Below are positions 20,444 to 29,668 of a stretch of DNA of 64,000 nucleotides, one piece after another (position 1 is the stretch's first letter; the number at the start of each line of letters is the position of its first letter). A program made the translations under genes and the position numbers. The DNA lies in NCBI GenBank assembly GCA_021815785.1, contig JAKAZS010000003.1:1111-65110 (forward strand), in the 5' to 3' direction. Source of the DNA: a bacterium. GTDB taxonomy: Bacteria > Cyanobacteriota > Vampirovibrionia > Obscuribacterales > JAKAZS01. The notes beneath the pieces were generated by a model, which was not told the DNA's origin, made no database searches, and saw nothing but the letters and a program-made list of their open reading frames with translations.

Positions 20444-21268
20444 ATGTTTAACAACCCCTTAATTCATCCAACCGCATTAATTCATGAAAATGCCAAGTTA
20501 GGGAAGAATGTAATTATTGGCCCTTATACAATAATCGGTAGTAATTGTAGTATTGGTGACGGGACAATAATTGATTCCCATTGTGTCATTGACGGACAAA
20601 CCAGTATTGGTAGTAATTGTCATATATTTCCTAGTGTTTCCATCGGTCTTATTCCGCAAGACTATAATTTTAAAGGCGAAGAAACGGGTGTAAGTATTGG
20701 CAATAATAATATTTTTCGCGAATTTGTCACAATTCACCGTGCTACAGGACAAGGATTAACCAAAATTGGCGATAATGGTTTTTTTATGAATTATGTCCAT
20801 ATTGCTCATAACTGCAATATCGGTAATGGGGTTATCATTGCTAACACAACTAATTTAGCCGGACATTGTGTCGTTGGAGACAAGGCGTTTATTTCCAGCA
20901 TGTGTATTTTTCATCAATTTACTAGAATAGGTACTTTAGCAATTGTTGGTGGGCTTTGTGGCACCAGAGTTGATCTGCCACCATATTCAACTTGTGATGG
21001 CCGGCCAGCTAAAGTTCGCGGTGTTAATATCATTGGTATGCGCAGAGCCCAAATTTCAGCTAAAGTTCGCAGCTTGGTCAAAGAAGCCTATCGCATTATA
21101 TATCGCAGTGACTTAAATGTTTCCAATGCCTTGGAACGCATTACTCAGGAATTAGAACCAATTCAAGAAATTCAAAACATTCTTAATTTTTACAAATCCA
21201 GTAAACGTGGAGTTTGTGGTGGCGCTCAAGAATTTGACGAAAATAAGCAAAATCAAGAATTCAATTAA
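20444..21268 (+). CDS. lpxA: acyl-ACP--UDP-N-acetylglucosamine O-acyltransferase LpxA
   Basis: 274 aa. N-terminal left-handed beta-helix hexapeptide repeats (IHPTALIHENAKLGKNVIIGPYTIIG...). Position immediately after fabZ. C-terminal helical domain NIIGMRRA. Confidence 0.9.
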   Translation: MFNNPLIHPTALIHENAKLGKNVIIGPYTIIGSNCSIGDGTIIDSHCVIDGQTSIGSNCHIFPSVSIGLIPQDYNFKGEETGVSIGNNNIFREFVTIHRATGQGLTKIGDNGFFMNYVHIAHNCNIGNGVIIANTTNLAGHCVVGDKAFISSMCIFHQFTRIGTLAIVGGLCGTRVDLPPYSTCDGRPAKVRGVNIIGMRRAQISAKVRSLVKEAYRIIYRSDLNVSNALERITQELEPIQEIQNILNFYKSSKRGVCGGAQEFDENKQNQEFN

Positions 21269-21314
21269 TTTATTTAAATTTGCTTAGCGCTTATTTGAAA
21301 ATCTAGGAATCGAG

Positions 21315-22661
21315 GTGACTTTGATAGTCGAAGGTAAAACGCTTAAATCTGATAATAAAACTGGCTATTGGGCACTATTTCACAATGCCGAATTTATGAG
21401 TTTATGGATGGCGCAAATTTTTTCCCAATTTGCCGATAGAGCTGTATTTGTATTATTTGTGGCATTACTAACCAGTTATGACAACCCTATGATAATCGGG
21501 CACAGTATTGGTGCAGCTCAATTAACTAGTATTTTATATGTAGCTTTTACAATTCCAGCTATCGTATTTAGTCCATTTGCCGGAGTATATGTCGATCGCT
21601 GGTCCAATAAAATGGTTTTAATTATCTCCAATTTAATCAGAGCTATATTCGTTGGTATTAGTTCACTTGATTATTTTAAACATCATATTGTCGCAACTTT
21701 ATTTTTAGCCTTTATGATTTCCATTGGTTCTCAGTTTTTTGGTCCAGCTGAAACATCTTCAATCCCCAGATTAGTTAAAAAATCAGATCTTTATAGTGCT
21801 AATTCCTTATTTTTTACGACGATGATGATTGCCTTGGGTTTTGGCTTTGCGCTGGGCGAACCGATTATTTCACGGGTTGGACTGCATGGGGCACCATGGG
21901 CAGTAGCATCTGGCTTTGTCATTGCCGCCATCTTACTCCTTAAAATATCGGATAATCAACCAGGATCTAATAAATCGGACAATTGCTGGGAAGAACTGCG
22001 TCAAGGTTTAGCTTTCATCGTTGACAATCCAGAGGTGTTTAAGGCAATTGCGAAAATCACCATATTATTTAGCACCATTATTACTTTAAATATTATTGCC
22101 GTTGGACTAGCTGAGCAAGTTTTACATATTCAAGCTTTCCAATTTGGCTATATTGTAGCAGCTGCAGGCCTGGGCATGGGAATTGGCAATTTTATTGTTG
22201 GTCATTATGGTAAAACTATGAATAGTCATAAATTAGTTTATAGTGGCTTTATTGGCCTAGGTAGTTTTATGACGGGACTTGGGCTATTGGGCTTTATTGA
22301 AAATATTTTAATGCCTTATTTAAAAATGGACTATACGCCATTTCATAATATTTTCATGGCCATTGCCTTGTTATTATCATTAAGTATTGGCTTTACCTGT
22401 GCCATGGTCGCAGTACCAACTCAGGCTAAATTACAGTTAGCCGTTCCTGCTTTTATGCGTGGCAAAGTCTTTGGCGCCCAAAACACAGCTATGTCTGCAG
22501 CTTCAACCATACCGGTTATTTTAACTGGTATCTCAGCAGATAATCTGCCAGGTGGAGTTTCCACGACTTTACTAATCATGGGTCTGCCCACTGTGATAAT
22601 ATCCTTATATTACTATTTACAAAAAAATCCAGAAAGTTTCGAGGAAAAAATTATTAATTAA
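21315..22661 (+). CDS. MFS transporter
   Basis: 448 aa, about 12 TM helices. N-terminal FHNAEFMSLWMAQIFSQFADR resembles EntS/macrolide-efflux-type MFS proteins. GTG start. Confidence 0.8.
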   Translation: MTLIVEGKTLKSDNKTGYWALFHNAEFMSLWMAQIFSQFADRAVFVLFVALLTSYDNPMIIGHSIGAAQLTSILYVAFTIPAIVFSPFAGVYVDRWSNKMVLIISNLIRAIFVGISSLDYFKHHIVATLFLAFMISIGSQFFGPAETSSIPRLVKKSDLYSANSLFFTTMMIALGFGFALGEPIISRVGLHGAPWAVASGFVIAAILLLKISDNQPGSNKSDNCWEELRQGLAFIVDNPEVFKAIAKITILFSTIITLNIIAVGLAEQVLHIQAFQFGYIVAAAGLGMGIGNFIVGHYGKTMNSHKLVYSGFIGLGSFMTGLGLLGFIENILMPYLKMDYTPFHNIFMAIALLLSLSIGFTCAMVAVPTQAKLQLAVPAFMRGKVFGAQNTAMSAASTIPVILTGISADNLPGGVSTTLLIMGLPTVIISLYYYLQKNPESFEEKIIN

Positions 22662-22797
22662 ATTATTTACCATAGTTTAAGAATAACTATTATTAATTAA
22701 ATTGGCTAAAATAATTTAAGAAACAATATTTTTAATCAAATCAGCTAAATGTTTCATATTTATTATTATTAGTTAAGTTGTAAATACACGAGGAAAT

Positions 22798-23214
22798 ATG
22801 TCAAATAATCTTACCAATATCCCAGGACTGGACCATATCGCCATAGTTGTTGAAAGCATTGAAAACGGCCTCAAATTTTATGAAGAATCCTTAGGTCTTA
22901 AAGTGCTAATTATTGAGACCGTTGAATCACAAGGAGTCAAAGTAGCTAAACTGGAATTAAACAATACCCATATAGAACTTTTAGAACCTTTAGAGGCAAA
23001 TAATTCGATTGGACGATTTCTAGCTAAACATGGTCAAGGACTTCATCATATCTGTTTATGCGTAAACGATGTCAAGCAATGGCTTAATACTTTAGAAGAC
23101 AATAATGTCTGTTTAATAAATCGCGAACCAGTGACCGGATCCCAAAATCGCAAGGTAGCATTTGTTCATCCCAAAAGTACCAATGGCGTTTTACTTGAAT
23201 TATCGCAAGTTTAA
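22798..23214 (+). CDS. methylmalonyl-CoA epimerase (VOC/glyoxalase fold)
   Basis: 138 aa. LDHIAIVV...HIELLEP...GQGLHHICLCVNDV...VAFVHPKSTNGVLLEL matches the epimerase pattern. Confidence 0.8.
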   Translation: MSNNLTNIPGLDHIAIVVESIENGLKFYEESLGLKVLIIETVESQGVKVAKLELNNTHIELLEPLEANNSIGRFLAKHGQGLHHICLCVNDVKQWLNTLEDNNVCLINREPVTGSQNRKVAFVHPKSTNGVLLELSQV

Positions 23215-23299
23215 TATTAATAAATGATTTAAAAAACCAGTTCCAATCAATTTTTTAGCTATCATATTCCTTAGCCTTACTATAATAGGAGATAATTTA

Positions 23300-24367
23300 A
23301 TGCCCGTAGCAACGCAAATGAATAAAATTGAACAAGCCCTTGGTGATAAAGCCAGTTATTACCTTGAACATAATTGCAAAACCTTAAGCAAAAACTTATT
23401 ACACTTACCTGGATCTGATTTTGTCGACCGCATTTTTATCAATAGTGACCGAAACACCAGAGTTTTAGGTGCTTTAAACGCTATGTTTAATCACGGTCGC
23501 TTAGCCCACACTGGCTATTTGTCTATTTTACCGGTCGACCAAGGGATAGAACATACAGCTGGAGCTTCTTTTGCCAGCAACCCTATTTACTTTGACCCGG
23601 AAAACATTGTCAAATTAGCGATTGAAGGTGGCTGCAATGCAGTTGCTTCAACTTTTGGCGTATTGGGATCGGTTGCCCGTAAATATGCTCATAAAATCCC
23701 TTTTATCGTCAAATTAAATCATAATGAGTTATTAACTTACCCCAATAAATTTGATCAAATAATGTTTGGCACCGTCAAAGAAGCCTATGACATGGGTGCA
23801 ATGGCAGTTGGTGCTACTATTTACTTTGGCAGCACCGAATCCGATCGCCAAATTATTGAAGTTGCCCGTGCCTTTCATGAAGCTCATAGCCTGGGAATGG
23901 CCACAATTTTATGGTGTTATCTCCGCAATAATGCCTTTAAAGTAGATAAAACTGACTACCATGTAGCTAGTGACTTAACGGCTCAAGCCAATCATCTTGG
24001 TGTAACTATCGAAGCTGATATTATCAAACAAAAACTACCTGAATGTAATGGTGGCTTTAATGCGATAAAATTTGGTAAAACCGATAGCAAAGTTTATTCA
24101 CAATTAACTACCGATCATCCAATTGACTTAACCAGGTATCAAGTAATTAACTGTTACATGGGCCGCCAAGGATTAATCAATTCAGGTGGAGCTAGTGGCA
24201 ATAATGATTTAGCTGAAGCCATCACCACTGCCGTCATCAACAAACGAGCTGGTGGAATGGGTCTAATTTCTGGCCGTAAAGCTTTCCAAAAACCAATGAA
24301 AGATGGTATTGAATTACTCAATGCCATTCAAGATGTCTATATGTGCAAAGATATTGATATCGCCTAA
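23300..24367 (+). CDS. fbaB: class I fructose-bisphosphate aldolase, FbaB/DhnA type
   Basis: 355 aa. Near-collinear with my recollection of E. coli FbaB ([47 protein letters not shown]). Confidence 0.9.
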   Translation: MPVATQMNKIEQALGDKASYYLEHNCKTLSKNLLHLPGSDFVDRIFINSDRNTRVLGALNAMFNHGRLAHTGYLSILPVDQGIEHTAGASFASNPIYFDPENIVKLAIEGGCNAVASTFGVLGSVARKYAHKIPFIVKLNHNELLTYPNKFDQIMFGTVKEAYDMGAMAVGATIYFGSTESDRQIIEVARAFHEAHSLGMATILWCYLRNNAFKVDKTDYHVASDLTAQANHLGVTIEADIIKQKLPECNGGFNAIKFGKTDSKVYSQLTTDHPIDLTRYQVINCYMGRQGLINSGGASGNNDLAEAITTAVINKRAGGMGLISGRKAFQKPMKDGIELLNAIQDVYMCKDIDIA

Positions 24368-26559
24368 TTATGATACCAATTATTTAGACCGCTAAAATCA
24401 TTAACCTTAAAATGCAGGCCTATTTTAGTATTGATTAAATCATCTAAAATAGGCTTTTGCTTATTTGAATCCAGCGCAGGTGTCAAAGGTTTCAGTATTT
24501 CTGAATTCAAAGGATTTAGCCTCAACTCGGGCTTAGCTAAATTAGCAGGCATCGAATCATTTAACCAAGTATTTTCACGGATTAAATCAACTAAATCCGG
24601 ATCATTTAGTAAAGTCTTAGGGATCAATGAAGCCATAAGTTCCTGTTTGCCAATCGTAAAATAATTACCACCACCAATTTCTTTACCACCAAAATATTTA
24701 AGATAATAATAACTATAGGCTGGACTATGCAATATTGCTAATATCAAGCTCAAATCCAACTGCTTAGAAGTAATTAAAAATGTCTGAACCAAACCAGCAT
24801 ATTGCGAAAATTCATCAAAAAAGGCTTCGATTCTTTTGGTTAAACCGGCTAAAATTATTTTAGGCTGCAACTGATATTCCAATGAATTAAGCAGTGCTGA
24901 TGGTGATAAAGTAGCCAAATCAGGGGCTTTAGGAAATAAAAATTTTCTACCTAAAAACCGCGTTGTTTTTATCCCCCAATAATTAATATTTATATCAATA
25001 GATCCAGTAGTTAATAATTTTAGACCACAAGCATAATTGTCGTCAATAATTTTAGGTAGTAATTCATAAGCGGCCTTAGTTGACAGTCCAGCCTTTATAC
25101 TAGCTAAATCGCTTAATCTATAACAATCATCTAAGTTATGAATATTAAAACTTTCATTAAAACAAAATTGCCACCATGGCGTAAGTAATTTGATTTTTTT
25201 AGTAATTGAATTATTTAAATTGAAATCTTTAACAATCGTCAATTCATGTAATTCACTAGGTATAACTTTCTGACCTTGAATTATCGTCGTAAAAATAGTT
25301 GCATTATTAAATATATGGTTATTTTGAGGGATTATAATCATAGCTGGTGGAGCATATCTATTCAGGTAATCCTGAAGTTTGTAGGCACTTTTAGTAGAAA
25401 GAAATGCCTTGGGCAGAACAAATGCGTAATAACCATTATCCATTAACAAATTTTTCACACTCTGAAATACAAATAAATTAGCTTTATCATAAGGCCCATT
25501 GGTTATCTGGGGAAATTTTTCCTTATATAAAACATATTCAAATTTATTTCTACCAGTTTTTTTTTCAATTGCATTGCCATAAGGAGGATTACTCACAATT
25601 AAATTAAAACGCAGTGGAATATTATGCAGCGTTAAACTATCTAGATTAAGAATATTATTATTTAAAAAATTAATCGGGTAAGTTAAATCATCCAATTCGA
25701 GCCAAAAGTTAAGCTTACATAATTGTGTAGCTATCTCATTTATGTCAGCACCAAAAATTGACTTAAGCATAAATTGATAATATAAATCCTTACGGAATAA
25801 TTTGCCTTGTTCTTTAAAGTTTTTGGCCAAATTAAGGAGAATTTGACCATTACCACAACAAGGATCAAAAATGCGCATATTATCAATGCTAAATGATTGA
25901 AAACTTAATTTCGTGATATTTTTAGTTAGGCCATCCAGCATTAATTCCGGCGTATAAAATGCTCCCATTTTTTTACGTAATGGATTAGTATAGACAAGGT
26001 TCAACTTAGAATTCACCATTTCCATGCGTAAATTTAAAATCATTTCATATTGTATTGATAACTGATAAAACAAATGCTTAGTAAATGGCTGATTATTTTG
26101 ATTTAAACTTAGCTGTAATTTATTTATACCTTTAAGAATCAAACAAAAAAGTTTATTACTATCGGTTATAGCCTTTAGCCTCACTAAGTTATCGGGAATT
26201 AATATACCCATTAATAATTGTCGATTAAGCGAATTACCAATCAAATCATTAAATGTATTAATTAACAATTTATGGTCAAAATCCATAGTATCACCCAAAT
26301 CAAAGTGACTTAAATAATATTGATCCTGATCAGCTGCGTTATTAAGAATATAATCTCGAAAATTTATAATTTGCGGGCTTAGTAAATTTACAGCTGGTGA
26401 ATAAAACCAAAACACGTTTTGTAATATTAGTAAATAAATTTCTTTAATCAAATCAGCTGACCGCTCACTTGTCAAGCAAGATAAACTGTCGTTAGCCAAG
26501 CATAAATTTAGACTTGATTTAATAAGATCTAATAAATTTTGGTCAAATCGCTTGGACAT
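24364..26559 (-). CDS. Eco57I/TaqI-family N6-adenine DNA methyltransferase (gamma class), no recognisable nuclease domain
   Basis: 731 aa. GAFYTPELM, motif [34 protein letters not shown], motif [11 protein letters not shown]. The C-terminal ~330 aa is a presumptive target-recognition domain. Confidence 0.8.
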   Translation of the reverse strand: MSKRFDQNLLDLIKSSLNLCLANDSLSCLTSERSADLIKEIYLLILQNVFWFYSPAVNLLSPQIINFRDYILNNAADQDQYYLSHFDLGDTMDFDHKLLINTFNDLIGNSLNRQLLMGILIPDNLVRLKAITDSNKLFCLILKGINKLQLSLNQNNQPFTKHLFYQLSIQYEMILNLRMEMVNSKLNLVYTNPLRKKMGAFYTPELMLDGLTKNITKLSFQSFSIDNMRIFDPCCGNGQILLNLAKNFKEQGKLFRKDLYYQFMLKSIFGADINEIATQLCKLNFWLELDDLTYPINFLNNNILNLDSLTLHNIPLRFNLIVSNPPYGNAIEKKTGRNKFEYVLYKEKFPQITNGPYDKANLFVFQSVKNLLMDNGYYAFVLPKAFLSTKSAYKLQDYLNRYAPPAMIIIPQNNHIFNNATIFTTIIQGQKVIPSELHELTIVKDFNLNNSITKKIKLLTPWWQFCFNESFNIHNLDDCYRLSDLASIKAGLSTKAAYELLPKIIDDNYACGLKLLTTGSIDININYWGIKTTRFLGRKFLFPKAPDLATLSPSALLNSLEYQLQPKIILAGLTKRIEAFFDEFSQYAGLVQTFLITSKQLDLSLILAILHSPAYSYYYLKYFGGKEIGGGNYFTIGKQELMASLIPKTLLNDPDLVDLIRENTWLNDSMPANLAKPELRLNPLNSEILKPLTPALDSNKQKPILDDLINTKIGLHFKVNDFSGLNNWYHN

Positions 26560-26719
26560 CCAGTAAATTTAAGCCTTATCAGAATTAAAAATTATTGATA
26601 GCTCTATCTAAATATGCTATCCTCAGGTAAAGTATAACTTATCAATTGCTTCATGGATAGCTTTAAGACCATAGTCAGCGATTATTTCTATGTAACTTTA
26701 CCATGCTGGTAACTAAATA

Positions 26720-27580
26720 ATGATTAACATTGCCTTTTTAACCGCTCAAAACTATCCAGAATTAACCAGCGACGAAGCCTTATTAATTGAGGCACTTAAA
26801 AATTATGATATTTGGGTAACGCCAAAAATTTGGGAAAATCCAAATTTAGATTTAAACAATTATCCAATGACAATTATAAGGACAGTCTGGGACTATCACG
26901 AGAAATTTAATGCATTTCAGGCATTTTTACAAGCTAATCAGTCAATCAACTTGTTTAATAATCAAAAAGTTATTCAGTGGAATATTAATAAAAGTTATTT
27001 TAATGACTTGCAAAATTTAGGCCTAAAAATTCCCTATTTTAAAATATTCACTAAACCCTTTAGTTTAATTGATTTTATGCAGGCGCACAATTTAACTCGA
27101 GCCATTTTAAAACCATGTATTTCAGCTGGCGGCCGTAATACTTATCTCGTAAATAAAAATACCGCTGCTAAATATCAAGATAATATTAATGAAATTTTAG
27201 CTTTTTGCCCCGTAATCGTTCAGGAATTTATCCCTGAAATTCAAACTCAAGGGGAGTGGTCATTTATATATTTTAATCGAATTTTTTCCCATGCTATATT
27301 AAAAAAAACCGCCAAACAAGAATTTAAAGTCCAAGAACGGTTTGGCGGTAGCGTTAAAGCCATTAACCCTAGCACAAAAATATTAAATACTAGCAACGAA
27401 ATACTTAAAAAATTACCATATGATTTACTTTATGCAAGAATTGATGCAATTATAACTAATAGCGAATTTTATATAATGGAATTAGAATTATTTGAACCTT
27501 CCTTATTTTTAGCATATAATGAAAAGGCAACCGACAATTTTTGTCAGGCAATAAAATCCAGATTAAAGGAATATGTCTAA
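26720..27580 (+). CDS. ATP-grasp domain protein (RimK/glutathione-synthetase-like)
   Basis: 286 aa. AILKPCISAGGRNTYLV, VIVQEFIPEIQTQGEWSFIYF, ARIDAIITNSEFYIMELELFEPSLF. Confidence 0.65.
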   Translation: MINIAFLTAQNYPELTSDEALLIEALKNYDIWVTPKIWENPNLDLNNYPMTIIRTVWDYHEKFNAFQAFLQANQSINLFNNQKVIQWNINKSYFNDLQNLGLKIPYFKIFTKPFSLIDFMQAHNLTRAILKPCISAGGRNTYLVNKNTAAKYQDNINEILAFCPVIVQEFIPEIQTQGEWSFIYFNRIFSHAILKKTAKQEFKVQERFGGSVKAINPSTKILNTSNEILKKLPYDLLYARIDAIITNSEFYIMELELFEPSLFLAYNEKATDNFCQAIKSRLKEYV

Positions 27581-28244
27581 AATCCTTCTAGCCGAAGATG
27601 ACCAAGAATTAGCCGAAGTAATTGTTTATACCTTAAACAAAAATGGCTATATCGTTACTCCGACTCATAACGGTCAGGAATGCCTAAGCCTACTAAAAAT
27701 AAATACCTACGACTTAATTATCTTAGACTGGATGCTGCCCAAATTATCTGGAATTGAAATCATTAAAGAATTCCGTAATTTTGGTGGCACAACTCCAATT
27801 CTAATGCTTACCGCCAAAAACCTAACAAGTGACCTTGAACAAAGTTTAGATTCAGGTGCTGATGACTATGTCACTAAACCATTTGATCATAAAGAATTAC
27901 TAGCCCGCACAAGAGCGTTACTAAGACGTCCCAAAACAACCATTGCTGATATTTTAACTATTGATGATATTACCCTTAATAAAACAAAGGCTGTTGTCCT
28001 TAAAAATGGTCAAGAAATTAATTTACGACCAAAATTATTTGCAATGTTAGAATTTTTTCTAACTAATCCTAACCAAGCCTTTAGCTGTGAAGCAATTTTA
28101 GAACGAATCTGGTCAGATTCAGCAGTTGTAGGGCTTGATACCGTTAGAACCCATATAAAATTATTACGCAAAGCAGTGTTTGATGGCAAACAAGATAAAT
28201 TGAGAACTATCCGTGGTCGCGGCTATCTACTCGAAAAAAATTAA
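27573..28244 (+). CDS. OmpR-family response regulator (REC + winged helix)
   Basis: 223 aa. ILLAEDD, LIILDWMLPKLSG, ILMLTAK, GADDYVTKPF, C-terminal RTIRGRGYLL. The start overlaps the ATP-grasp stop by 8 nt (ATGTCTAA). Confidence 0.9.
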   Translation: MSKILLAEDDQELAEVIVYTLNKNGYIVTPTHNGQECLSLLKINTYDLIILDWMLPKLSGIEIIKEFRNFGGTTPILMLTAKNLTSDLEQSLDSGADDYVTKPFDHKELLARTRALLRRPKTTIADILTIDDITLNKTKAVVLKNGQEINLRPKLFAMLEFFLTNPNQAFSCEAILERIWSDSAVVGLDTVRTHIKLLRKAVFDGKQDKLRTIRGRGYLLEKN

Positions 28245-28484
28245 TAATTTTTGGCAACTAAAATAGCTAGGCTAACACAACGAAATTATCAATGTTTTAG
28301 AGAATTTTCAGCTATTGGCAAATTTCTGGTTTCATTGAATTTTTTTAAAGCGATAAAAAATAGAATTAGATTGATAAAAATATATATTTTATACTTAACC
28401 CAATTTTGGACAGATTCAATATTTAGGTTAATTAACCAAGACCAGTATGGGTAAAAATAAAAAATTAAATTCCAAGTTAAATAA

Positions 28485-29626
28485 CGGGACTTTCGTCAAA
28501 TTAGGCCATTTTAAAGCCAAGACTAGCTCTATGAGCACGAAACACACCTAGATTTTCTGGTATCCATACAAGTAACATTATTGTTTCAACGGCATATCAA
28601 TAGGCTTTAAAAAAATCACCAAAATTTATTAATGGTTTTGCATGCCAATGTTTAAGCCCACCAGTTAGCCTTTGATACGTTAAAATGTAAACGCAACAAA
28701 TATTAAATGTCATGCCTTATGATTGAACGCTAATCTCTAACTTGATATTCAGTCATTCCTAACCAGCTTTTAGTTTCTCGATAGAAAACCTCAATCCAAT
28801 TGCGCGCCGAATAATTATCAGCTATCCATGGCAGTGTAGCTATTTCTTCTAATTCATTGGTAAAAAAAACAGTCAATGTCAGTTGCGTCTTCAACTGTGG
28901 CTGCATTAAGTAGTATTGATAAAATTCTTGTTCCTTCTAATTTTGGAAAAGAGAGTAAATGTTGCAATCCAGACATTGCGAGGTTTGTCCAGTTTCAAGG
29001 TGTGCTTGATTTCAATTCTCCGTTTTCTAAATCAGATAAAAGTGGTCAATTATTTCCATAGCCAGCATCGAGTAACACTAGGCCTGGTGTTACTCTTCAT
29101 TCAAGGCTTTTATCGATCAGCCCTAAAGCTAAATCAGTCATCTTCTTGAATTCAGGATCGTTTTTACCGCCCTTCATGGATCCAGCTAGCCTATACATTT
29201 CAACATCAACTTGAAATACCCGCAAAGCATCATAAACATAAGTTGTCACCTCAACCATTCCATTTTCAATTTTACCAATTTGCCCGATATATTGTCGACC
29301 AACACCATCTATAGCATTTACGCTCTTTCGATGTCCGCTATCATCAATAATTAATTTAAACCCATGCTTAGCTCTTGTTTGTCAAACTTGCCACATTATA
29401 TTTAAACGTTGGTTATTTAATTCTTCACTGTCCCATGGTAAATCATGTAAAAAATGATATACAATAATTAAGATATAAAGTATTTTTCTTAAGAATATCT
29501 TATAATCACCTAGTCAGGCTTATTATTTCATTATTTCTTAAAATTACTAAATCTAATCGCTATGTGTTATAATGGCTACCAAGCTTGTATCTAATTAAAT
29601 TATTTAAAAGTAATGTCAAAGTCCCG
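28485..29626 (-). mobile_element. decayed IS4/IS701-like insertion sequence remnant with candidate terminal inverted repeats
   Basis: CGGGACTTTcGTCA at 28485-28498 matches the reverse complement of TGTCAAAGTCCCG at 29614-29626 (9 bp exact plus partial). These bracket the transposase-like reading frames. Confidence 0.45.
28620..29450 (-). pseudogene. DDE transposase pseudogene (IS701/IS4-like), multiple stops and at least one frameshift, N-terminus missing
   Basis: The minus-strand translation reads LIIDDSGHRKSVNAIDGVGRQYIGQIGKIENGMVEV...DPEFKKMTDLALGLIDKSLE*...LLDAGYGNN*. In another frame it reads NWIEVFYRETKSWLGMTEYQVRD*RSIIRH. TAA, TAG and TGA stops all interrupt it. Confidence 0.75.
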
Positions 29627-29668
29627 ATAATTAGAAATGGTTAATATAGGGGGGATTCTAGAACTTCA

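Noticed and set aside
28251-29149. Plus-strand ORFs 28251..28454, 28876..29061 and 28916..29149
   Set aside because: They fall in the IS remnant or its flank, antisense to the transposase-like frames. Their translations are low-complexity and AT-driven.
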